48,062 nt of DNA from Candidatus Dojkabacteria bacterium. GTDB taxonomy: Archaea > Nanobdellota > Nanobdellia > Pacearchaeales > GW2011-AR1. Every line of letters starts with the position of its first letter. Position 1 is the first letter of the stretch. The stretch covers positions 1-48,062 of the forward strand of contig JAFCCB010000004.1 of NCBI GenBank assembly GCA_017610445.1, given 5' to 3'. Below, piece after piece: positions 9,760 through 17,730 of this stretch. The notes under the pieces were generated by a model, which was not told the DNA's origin, searched no databases, and was given only the letters and a program-made list of their open reading frames with translations. The position numbers were made by a program, and so were the translations under genes.

Positions 9760-10215
9760 ATGTCAGAGATATTAGAAAAAATAATAAAGGAAAAGATAAG
9801 CGCAGACCATCTGCTTTATGTCAGTTTGAAATACACCAAAACCTGCGATGTAATGATTAATCTTATCAAAAGATGGAAAATAATGATTGATTGCTCTTTT
9901 GAAGGATTATTAGAAAAAGCAAAAAAGAAAAAAAAGATTAAAAAAATACCAACTGCTTCAAAACTAAAATTAGATGCAGTCAAAAAAAATTTCAAAAAAA
10001 TTCCAGAAGTTATGGATGTTGTTAAAGAATATGAAATGTTCAAATTAATTGATGCCTTAAAAAAAACAAAAGCTGGAGAATTCAGAAAAGGCGTCTGCTT
10101 AACAGTCACATACAAAGGCGAGGAAATCAGAATTGACTTGGACAAATTAAAAGAATACTCTGAAATCCTTGAAAGATTCATAAATTACACCAAAATTTTT
10201 CTTACTAGCAAATAA
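9760..10215 (+). CDS. hypothetical helical protein (remote paralog of 8070-8570)
   Basis: 151-aa ORF preceded by a purine-rich gaggagagg 6 nt upstream. ADHLLYVS is shared with the ORF at 8070. Confidence 0.45.
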   Translation: MSEILEKIIKEKISADHLLYVSLKYTKTCDVMINLIKRWKIMIDCSFEGLLEKAKKKKKIKKIPTASKLKLDAVKKNFKKIPEVMDVVKEYEMFKLIDALKKTKAGEFRKGVCLTVTYKGEEIRIDLDKLKEYSEILERFINYTKIFLTSK

Positions 10216-10270
10216 ACAAATTCTAATTATCAAAGCGTTTATAAATCTCAAATCATAAATCAAATAAAAG

Positions 10271-11047
10271 ATGGCTAAAATATATGTAATAATTTCCGGA
10301 AAAGGGGGAGTAGGAAAAACAACTACCACAATTAACTTAGGAACTTCACTTAATTTATTAGGAGAAGAGGTAATTATTGTTGATGGAAATCTTACAACCC
10401 CAAATGTAGGAATTCATCTAGGAGCTCCAATAGTCCCAATAACTCTTAATCATGTTTTAAACGGACAGGCAAAATTAGAAGATGCAATCTACGAACACGA
10501 ATCAGGAACTAAAATCATCCCATCTTCTTTATCCTTAAAAGAAACAGAAAAAATAGATTATAAAAAATTCCCAGACATCGCAAAAAAACTAAAAAAAATA
10601 ACAAACCACATTTTAATTGACTCTGCAGCAGGATTAGGGCAGGAAGCAAAAACCCTAATACAAATTGCAGATGAAATTATTATTGTCACTAATCCTGAAA
10701 TGGCAGCAGTAACAGACGCCTTAAAGACAATAAAACTCACAGAAGAAATGAATAAACCAATAAAAGGGATTATAATAACAAGATGGAGAGGAGGAAAAAC
10801 AGAAATGTCAATCTCAAATATCCAGGATATGTTAGAAGCTCCTTTATTAGGAATTATCCCTGAAGAAGATTCAATCAGAGAATCTCAGGTTATGAAAAAT
10901 GCGGTAATTCACACTCACCCAAAATCAAAAGCAGCACAAAATTATGTCAATATCTCAAAAAGACTTTTAGGAAATAACATAAAAATTGAACCTCCAATAA
11001 CTCTTGGAGTTTGGGGGAGATTTTTTAGGGCTTTAGGATTAAAATAA
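10271..11047 (+). CDS. minD: MinD/ParA-family ATPase (archaeal MinD-like)
   Basis: Deviant Walker A SGKGGVGKTTTT and the DSAAGL switch region; 258 aa. Confidence 0.85.
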   Translation: MAKIYVIISGKGGVGKTTTTINLGTSLNLLGEEVIIVDGNLTTPNVGIHLGAPIVPITLNHVLNGQAKLEDAIYEHESGTKIIPSSLSLKETEKIDYKKFPDIAKKLKKITNHILIDSAAGLGQEAKTLIQIADEIIIVTNPEMAAVTDALKTIKLTEEMNKPIKGIIITRWRGGKTEMSISNIQDMLEAPLLGIIPEEDSIRESQVMKNAVIHTHPKSKAAQNYVNISKRLLGNNIKIEPPITLGVWGRFFRALGLK

Positions 11048-11207
11048 ATTTAAAAAATATATCAGTAATTTGCAAAATATAATGCTATAAAGATGAGTGT
11101 TTAAACTCAGTGAATAAGATATTCAAGCTCATTAAATTAGCTCCTCTACCTAACTCAATGTTTATAAGAATATAAAATAATAGAATAGATAAAATAAATT
11201 AATTAAT

Positions 11208-11540
11208 ATGGAAAACATATCATTCAGCGACTGGCAAAAACTAGACTTGCGGACAGCAGAAATCTTAGAAGTTGAAGATATAAAAGGGGCTGATAAATTA
11301 TACAAATTAAAAATAGATTTAGGAACAGAAACAAGAATTATTGTAGCAGGAATGAAACTTTATTACACTAAACAGGAATTAGAAGGTAAAAGATGTATTA
11401 TATTCACAAATCTTGAGCCAAAAATAATAAAGGGAATTGAATCAAAAGGTATGCTTTTAGCAGCATCAAATGATGACAAATCAGAAGTAAAACTTTTGCA
11501 ACCAGATGGAGCAATGATCTTAGGGAGTAAAGTTAGTTAA
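11208..11540 (+). CDS. stand-alone tRNA-binding domain protein (Trbp111/EMAPII/CsaA-like OB fold)
   Basis: DLRTAEILEVEDIKGADKLYKLKIDLGTETRIIVAGMK ... GMLLAA matches the tRNA-binding OB domain that is often fused to the MetRS C-terminus. Confidence 0.8.
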   Translation: MENISFSDWQKLDLRTAEILEVEDIKGADKLYKLKIDLGTETRIIVAGMKLYYTKQELEGKRCIIFTNLEPKIIKGIESKGMLLAASNDDKSEVKLLQPDGAMILGSKVS

Positions 11541-11911
11541 AAAATGCCTTCAGATAATTTTTCTGCCAGCTTAATATTCTTTTTAATTTCACCATCACTT
11601 AATATTCCTAATTGAGATTTACTTGAAATTTTAACAGGTCTGTCGTCTAAAGTTGGTAATCTAACACAATTATGCAAAGGGTCCAGAACATAAAACGTTT
11701 TTCCCCCTGCAGTAACCTCTTTATAAGGAACTGTTTGTTTATCTTTATCTCGATGAAAACAAGGGGCATTTTTTAACTGTGGAGCAATCTCAATTACTTC
11801 CTTTGGAGTAAAATGCTTAGCAGCAAATGAGTAATCAAATTTTTCAAATCTAATAGTAGGGGGTGTGGTATTTTTAAAATAAGCTATCTCAAATTTTTTT
11901 GTTGGACTCAT
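11537..11911 (-). CDS. hypothetical protein
   Basis: 124-aa ORF, convergent with the previous gene and overlapping it by 4 nt. No motifs recognised. Confidence 0.35.
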   Translation of the reverse strand: MSPTKKFEIAYFKNTTPPTIRFEKFDYSFAAKHFTPKEVIEIAPQLKNAPCFHRDKDKQTVPYKEVTAGGKTFYVLDPLHNCVRLPTLDDRPVKISSKSQLGILSDGEIKKNIKLAEKLSEGIF

Positions 11912-11972
11912 TTTTTTAATTAGCTTTAAGCTTATTTAAATAATATTGTATAGAAAAAGATATAAAAAATCT

Positions 11973-13394
11973 TCAAATCTTCTTAAACAAAATCTCCCCT
12001 TTCTTAATTTTCTTAATCTTAATTGATTTTTTAATTTCATTAAACTTAATCTTAAATCCAAACTGCTTTGCAATCTTCTCAGAAGTAGAAGGAATAAAAA
12101 CCCAAAGCAAAATCCCAATCACCTTAATACTATCAGCTAATTCATACAAAACTTTCTTATTCTTGCTCTCCCACGGCTTCTTTTTCTGAACATATTCATT
12201 GCAAACATCAATAAATTTAAAAATCAAATCAAGTGCTTTATTTAACTCAAAACCCTCAATCAATCGCTCAATCTCTTTCAGCCTCAATTTTTTCAAAAGT
12301 TTATTCTCACACTTTTCCAAACCATTTTTCTCAGCCAAAGCACTCACTCTTGAAATTAAATTACCAAGTTTATTTGCAAGTTCATTATTGTACCTTGAAA
12401 TTAAAATTTTTTCAGAATAATCAGAATCTTCAAATATAGAACTTCTTAATAAAGAATATCTGACAGCATCACAGCCATATTTCTTAATTAATCCAATCGG
12501 TTCAATCACATTTCCTAAACTTTTGCTTATTTTCTGTCCCCCCAAATTTAAATAACCATGAACTAATAATTTTTTAGGAAGTTTATACCCAGCAGACATT
12601 AAAATCCCAGGCCAAATAACAGAATGAAACCAATTAATTCCTTTTCCAATAACATGGACATCAGCAGGCCAATTCCCATCAGCACCAGAAACATAATTTA
12701 TTAAAGCATCAAACCAAACATAAATCTTAAATTTCTTATCAATTGAAGAATCAATTCCCCAATCCAAACCACTTCTTGAAACACACAAATCCCCCAACTC
12801 TTGGTTTTTCAATCTCGACAAAATTTCATTTTTTCTTTTTTCAGGAATAATATAATTCTCAATAAATTTAATTATTTTATTTTTATATTTGCTTAATTTA
12901 AAAAAATAAGCATCTTCAGAAATCTTTTCAGGAACTTTGTCGTGTTCAGGGCATTTCCCGTCAACTAAATCTTTTTCAGTAATAAATGACTCACAACCAA
13001 CACAATAAAGCCCCTCATATTTTCCTTTGTAAATTTCTCCTTTATCATAAACTTTTTTAAAAATCTCCTGGGCTTTTTTTACATGTTTTTTTTCAGTTGT
13101 TCTGATAAAATCATCATATTTTATGTTCAACTTCTCGCACAATTCAATAAAAATTTTAGAATTTTTATCTACAAATTTCTGAACATCAACCCCTTTTTCT
13201 TTTGCAGCCTGAACATTTTTCTGTGCATTTTCATCAGTCCCAGTTAAAAACCAAACCCTCTCTCCCTTTAACTTATGCCAACGAGCTAAAGCATCAGCTA
13301 TAACTTTCTCAAATGCATGCCCAATATGCGGACGAGCATTTACATAATCAATCGCAGTTGTAATATAAAATTTCTTGCTAACCATAAAAACCAT
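11973..13394 (-). CDS. metG: methionyl-tRNA synthetase (core enzyme without a C-terminal tRNA-binding domain)
   Basis: ARPHIGHAFE (HIGH), KISKSLGN (KMSKS), zinc knuckle CVGCESF...CPEH, and an anticodon-binding helical domain. Confidence 0.9.
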   Translation of the reverse strand: MVFMVSKKFYITTAIDYVNARPHIGHAFEKVIADALARWHKLKGERVWFLTGTDENAQKNVQAAKEKGVDVQKFVDKNSKIFIELCEKLNIKYDDFIRTTEKKHVKKAQEIFKKVYDKGEIYKGKYEGLYCVGCESFITEKDLVDGKCPEHDKVPEKISEDAYFFKLSKYKNKIIKFIENYIIPEKRKNEILSRLKNQELGDLCVSRSGLDWGIDSSIDKKFKIYVWFDALINYVSGADGNWPADVHVIGKGINWFHSVIWPGILMSAGYKLPKKLLVHGYLNLGGQKISKSLGNVIEPIGLIKKYGCDAVRYSLLRSSIFEDSDYSEKILISRYNNELANKLGNLISRVSALAEKNGLEKCENKLLKKLRLKEIERLIEGFELNKALDLIFKFIDVCNEYVQKKKPWESKNKKVLYELADSIKVIGILLWVFIPSTSEKIAKQFGFKIKFNEIKKSIKIKKIKKGEILFKKI

Positions 13395-13465
13395 AAAAAA
13401 TAAGAATATAAAAACCTAACTAAACTACATATTTTAGAGATTACTAAGGGATATACCCTTAGAAT

Positions 13466-13536
13466 GCATCCTTAGTTTAGTGGCAGAATCGGAGCTTCCC
13501 AAGTTCCAGGCGCGAGTTCAATTCTCGCAGGGTGCA
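13466..13536 (+). tRNA. tRNA-Gly (anticodon CCC)
   Basis: Hand-folded cloverleaf: acceptor GCATCCT/AGGGTGC, anticodon stem GGAGC/GTTCC with loop TTCCCAA, T arm GCGAG-TTCAATT-CTCGC, discriminator A. No encoded CCA. Confidence 0.85.
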
Positions 13537-13565
13537 TTTAACTCTTTAATAAATAAAATAAAAAT

Positions 13566-13589
13566 GCATCGTGCGAGTAGCAGGGTGCA
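13566..13589 (+). other. collapsed echo of tRNA-Gly (acceptor 5' end + T-stem piece + acceptor 3' end)
   Basis: gcatcgtgcgagtagcagggtgca reuses GCATC, GYGCGAG and GCAGGGTGCA of the tRNA 100 nt upstream. It can form a 5-bp acceptor-like minihelix. Confidence 0.4.
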
Positions 13590-13633
13590 TCTCTTTTCAC
13601 AACATTTATTAATTCTAAAAATTTTAATAAAAC

Positions 13634-14977
13634 ATGAATTCAAAAAAAAGGAGAATTAGAAAGTTGCAGAGAAAATCAAGACACTTTTCCATAAAAGAAG
13701 GTATTTTTGCAACAATCAAAAATTCATTTGGAAATTCTTATATTACTCCTTTTGCAGTTGCAATCAACGCAAGCAGCTCTTTAATTGCAATGCTTTCTTC
13801 TGTTACAGGATTATTAGGTCCAATAAGCCAATGGCAAAGTTCAAGATTAACTGAAAAATATTCAAGAAAAAAAATAATAACAATTTCTATCTTTTTTGAA
13901 TCATTAATGTGGATTCCCTTAATCATTTTGGCATTTTTATTTTACAAAGGAATAATAATTTCCACACTTCCTTTATTGCTTTTAATTTTTTTCTCAATTT
14001 ATGTAATCATTGCAAACATCGGAGCTCCTGCCTGGTTCTCATGGATGGGAGATGTAGTTGATAAAAACTATCGGGGAAAATGGTTCTCAAAACGGAATCT
14101 TATCATAGGGATATTTACTGTAATCTTCACAATCTTAGCAGCATTTTTTCTGGATTTTTTCAAGAAAAACAAATGCATAATGCTAGGATTTATGATATTA
14201 TTTTTCTTAGCAATGGTTTCAAGATTAATCTGCATTTATTATTTTAAAAAAACACCTGAACCAAAACAAAAAATAAACAAAAAAAATTACTTTAGTCTAT
14301 GGAAATTTTTAAAAAAAGCCCCTTCAAATAATTTCGGAAAATTCACAATCTTCAAAGCATCAACTTCTTTTGCAGTATTCATCGCCAGCCCATTATTTGC
14401 AGTTTATATGCTAAGAAATTTAGGTTTTAGTTATGTAACTTTTATGACAATTCTTCTTTCTCAAACAATATTCGGGCTGATAATAATAAAACAATGGGGA
14501 AAATTCGCAGACAAATATGGAAACTATAAAGCCCTGAAAATAACCTCTGTTTTAATTTCAATTTATCCAATTTTATGGCTGATTTCAGACTCGCCAATTT
14601 TCTTAATTTTCTGCCCTGCTTTAATCGGGGGAATCGGTTGGGCAGGATTCAACCTGTCAGCAGGAAACTTTATTTACGATTCTGTCACACCAAAAAAAAG
14701 AGCATTGGCAGTTTCATATTACAATTTATTAAATGGCATAGGGATATTCCTCGGAGCAGGACTTGGAGCCATATTAATAAAAATCCTGTCAATCAATTTC
14801 ATAGATAAATTACTTTTCATTTTCTTAATATCTAGTTTTGCAAGAATAACTGTCAATTTAATTCTGCTTCCTTCTTTCAAAGAAATAAGAAAAACAAAAA
14901 AATTCAATTCAAAAAAAATCATAGAAAAAGTTATTCACCACAAAATCCAGCTTTCTTTTTTCAGAGAACCTCATTAA
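13634..14977 (+). CDS. MFS-type transporter
   Basis: 447-aa polytopic membrane protein with about 12 hydrophobic segments in a 6+6 arrangement around a basic central loop (KKTPEPKQKINKKNY). Confidence 0.65.
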   Translation: MNSKKRRIRKLQRKSRHFSIKEGIFATIKNSFGNSYITPFAVAINASSSLIAMLSSVTGLLGPISQWQSSRLTEKYSRKKIITISIFFESLMWIPLIILAFLFYKGIIISTLPLLLLIFFSIYVIIANIGAPAWFSWMGDVVDKNYRGKWFSKRNLIIGIFTVIFTILAAFFLDFFKKNKCIMLGFMILFFLAMVSRLICIYYFKKTPEPKQKINKKNYFSLWKFLKKAPSNNFGKFTIFKASTSFAVFIASPLFAVYMLRNLGFSYVTFMTILLSQTIFGLIIIKQWGKFADKYGNYKALKITSVLISIYPILWLISDSPIFLIFCPALIGGIGWAGFNLSAGNFIYDSVTPKKRALAVSYYNLLNGIGIFLGAGLGAILIKILSINFIDKLLFIFLISSFARITVNLILLPSFKEIRKTKKFNSKKIIEKVIHHKIQLSFFREPH

Positions 14978-15633
14978 TTAACCTCTAACTCTCCCTTAAC
15001 CTCTCTTGCATACTTGCCTGCTAAATGCATTGGCTCTGGTAATTTGTGAGGGAGATTAATAAACTGCCTGCAAAGTTCAAGAGAGGTTTGAATACTTATC
15101 AAATTCCCAGGACTAACATACATTTTTCTGCTCCCTGGTTTGCTTGTAAAAATTTTTCCGACTTTTTTCCCTCCTTTTATAATGTCCTCCCCTTTTTCCT
15201 CACAGCCAAAAATAGAATTTGAAACTCCAATACTTGGAACATCAGCAAAAATCGAAAAATGACTCGCTAACCCAAACCGTGAATGAGTAATTCCCATACC
15301 AGAAATAAAAACAACATCTGGCTTTTCTTTTAATTTATTAAATGCAAGCATCATCGCAGGCAATTCTCTGTAAGCCCTAAATCCTGCAAGATAAGGAAAA
15401 TCTGTTTTCTTAAATGCATAAGCTCTGTCAACAACTTCCAGATTCCTGTTGCAAACAATTACACAGCTAAAAATTTTATTTTTAATAAAAGTGTTAAAAA
15501 AAGCCCCGAACCTATCAGCCAAAGAAAAATCCATTTTATCTTTAATCTTCAACTGCTTTGCCAATTTCAATTGCTCTTTCTCAAGCTTCTCAACATCAAT
15601 ATTGTATCTCTTAATTAACTCATCTCTTTCCAT
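14974..15633 (-). CDS. nfi: endonuclease V
   Basis: VDRAYAF...PYLAGFRAYRELP...DVVFISGMGITHSRFGLASHFSIFADVPSIGVSNS matches the EndoV catalytic core pattern. Confidence 0.85.
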   Translation of the reverse strand: MERDELIKRYNIDVEKLEKEQLKLAKQLKIKDKMDFSLADRFGAFFNTFIKNKIFSCVIVCNRNLEVVDRAYAFKKTDFPYLAGFRAYRELPAMMLAFNKLKEKPDVVFISGMGITHSRFGLASHFSIFADVPSIGVSNSIFGCEEKGEDIIKGGKKVGKIFTSKPGSRKMYVSPGNLISIQTSLELCRQFINLPHKLPEPMHLAGKYAREVKGELEVN

Positions 15634-15680
15634 AGACTATCCAAAGATTTAAATATTAAAAAACTTTCCCTTAAAAGGTT

Positions 15681-16328
15681 GTGTATTCTAATAAAATGTT
15701 CAAAAAAAAATGCCCGAAATGTAATAGAAAAATAGAAAAGAACTGTAGATTCTGTCCTTTTTGCGGACAGGACTTAAACTCAAAATACGATAAAAAAAAT
15801 TACGGGCTACTTGGAAAAGATGATTTTGATGACAGTTTTGAATCTATGTTTAATAATGTTAATCATATTCCAATAAACAAAATTCTAAAAACTGCTATGA
15901 AAATGACTGAAAAAATGATGAGAAATATACCTGAACAACCAAAAGAGCATTATAATAACATGGACATTCAGTTTTTCGTGAATGGAAAAAGAGTTTTTCC
16001 TAAAAAAACACAAATAAGAAAGGAAATTCAAAAACCAATAAAAATAGAACAAAATATGTCAAAAGAAAAAGCAAAACAATTTGCAAAACTCCCAAGAAAA
16101 GAGCCAAAAACAAAAATGAAACGGCTATCAGGAAAATTAATTTATGAACTCGAACTTCCAGGAGTTAAAAACATAAACGATATCCTAATAAACCAATTAG
16201 AAAACTCAATTGAAATCAAAGCGCTTTCAAAAAAGAAAGTTTACACAAAAATCCTTAATATGAATCTTCCAATTTTAAATTACTCTTTAAATAAAGAAAA
16301 CCTAATTCTTGAGTTGCAGGCGAGATAA
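15681..16328 (+). CDS. zinc-ribbon protein with an Hsp20/alpha-crystallin-like C-terminal domain
   Basis: GTG start. N-terminal CPKCNRKIEKNCRFCPFCGQ double CxxC. C-terminal LIYELELPGVKNINDILINQLENSIEIKA resembles the ACD core. Confidence 0.5.
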   Translation: MYSNKMFKKKCPKCNRKIEKNCRFCPFCGQDLNSKYDKKNYGLLGKDDFDDSFESMFNNVNHIPINKILKTAMKMTEKMMRNIPEQPKEHYNNMDIQFFVNGKRVFPKKTQIRKEIQKPIKIEQNMSKEKAKQFAKLPRKEPKTKMKRLSGKLIYELELPGVKNINDILINQLENSIEIKALSKKKVYTKILNMNLPILNYSLNKENLILELQAR

Positions 16329-16545
16329 CTTAAATTACTAATTTAAACATATAATAAAATTTAGGTTATTGAGCAGAGATAACTTAAATTACTAATTTAA
16401 ACATATAATAAAATTTAGGTTATTGAGCAGAGATAGAGCAGAGATAACTTAAATTACTAATTTAAACATATAATAAAATTTAGGTTATTGAGCAGAGATA
16501 ACTTAAATTACTAATTTAAACATATAATAGAATTTAGGTTATTGA
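16322..16545. repeat. tandem repeat, 54-bp unit x4 plus an 11-nt partial unit
   Basis: Unit gagataacttaaattactaatttaaacatataataaaatttaggttattgagca at 16322, 16376, 16441 and 16495. The last copy is 51 nt with one substitution. Extra gagatagagca at 16430-16440. Copy 1 contains the stop codon of the preceding ORF. Confidence 0.95.
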
Positions 16546-16596
16546 AAAGAAATAAAAACAATAAACTTATAAATTGAAATAAACAATTATTTCTAT

Positions 16597-16671
16597 GAGC
16601 CTGTAGCTCAGTCTGGTTAGAGCACTACTCTGATAAGGTAGGGGTCCTCAGTTCAAATCTGAGCAGGCTCA
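16597..16671 (+). tRNA. tRNA-Ile (anticodon GAT)
   Basis: Acceptor GAGCCTG/CAGGCTC, D arm GCTC-AGTCTGGTTA-GAGC, anticodon stem CTACT/GGTAG with loop CTGATAA, T arm CTCAG-TTCAAAT-CTGAG, discriminator A. Confidence 0.9.
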
Positions 16672-16792
16672 TTTTAAATAAATAACTTTAAAAACCAAAT
16701 TTATTACTCAATAATATCAATATCTTTATAAAATAAAAGCTACTCAAAACATAGTTTAAAATTTATAAGATTAACAGAAAACAACATAAAAC

Positions 16793-17365
16793 ATGGCAAA
16801 AGGATTACACTATTATTTAAAACAGGCTTGGAAAAAACCAGATATAAAAATTCTAAGACAAAGAATGATTGAATGGAGAAAAGGCAATACAATTGTAAAA
16901 ATTGACAAACCACTAAGATTAAACAGAGCCCACTCTCTTGGATACAAAGCAAAAAAAGGATTTATAATTGCAAGAATAAGAATTCAAAGAGGGGGAAGAA
17001 AAAGAAAAAAACCAGTTAAAGGAAGAAAAACAAGAAGACAAAGCAATAAAAAAATCCTTAAAATGAATTACAAATGGGTTGCAGAACAAAGAGTTCAAAG
17101 AAAATTCAAAAATTTAGAAGTTCTCAATTCTTACAATATCGGAAAAGATGGGAAATATTATTTTTATGAGGTTATTTTAATTGACCCAAACAGACAAGAA
17201 ATAAAAAAAGACAAACAAATGTCTTGGATAACAAAAAAGAAAAATAAAAACAGAGTTTTCAGAGGATTAACATCTGCTGGAAAAAAGTCAAGAGGTTTAA
17301 GAAGCAAATCTCCAATGAACAAAAACCGCCCAAGTGTAAGAGCTGGAAAAAGAAGAGGGAAATAA
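16793..17365 (+). CDS. rpl15e: 50S ribosomal protein L15e
   Basis: MAKGLHYYLKQAWKKP...RLNRAHSLGYKAKKGFIIARIRIQRGGRKR is the characteristic L15e sequence. Confidence 0.9.
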   Translation: MAKGLHYYLKQAWKKPDIKILRQRMIEWRKGNTIVKIDKPLRLNRAHSLGYKAKKGFIIARIRIQRGGRKRKKPVKGRKTRRQSNKKILKMNYKWVAEQRVQRKFKNLEVLNSYNIGKDGKYYFYEVILIDPNRQEIKKDKQMSWITKKKNKNRVFRGLTSAGKKSRGLRSKSPMNKNRPSVRAGKRRGK

Positions 17366-17551
17366 TTAATCAATTCTTATTGCTTCTCTAAAATCATCTA
17401 ATAATGGTTCTATAAACTCAGTATTATAAAAGCTTTGTTTACAATCTTCATAAGGTCCTAATCTCTCTGCCCTTTCTTTTTCCTCTCTTTTAAATTGTTC
17501 AGGAAGATAATGTCTAAAAATCTCCCGAACAGACCTAAATATTTTAACCAT
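17366..17551 (-). CDS. hypothetical small protein
   Basis: 61-aa ORF of protein-like composition with no motif. Confidence 0.3.
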   Translation of the reverse strand: MVKIFRSVREIFRHYLPEQFKREEKERAERLGPYEDCKQSFYNTEFIEPLLDDFREAIRID

Positions 17552-17730
17552 AATAATAAAATATGAAACAAATATTTAAAGATTTGTATAAAAACCTTAA
17601 TAAACTAAAAGATTTTCTTAATATTAATTAAAAAGAACTGATAACTTATAAAATATTCACTATGAAAATAAGAATATAAACTATTAATCAACTCAGCTAA
17701 AAGTTTTATAAAATATAAGTTAAATAAAAA

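Noticed and set aside
16322-16545. Possible CRISPR array because of regularly spaced identical units.
   Set aside because: The 54-bp units abut directly with no unique spacers, the unit is AT-rich and not palindromic, and no cas genes are present. It is a plain tandem duplication.
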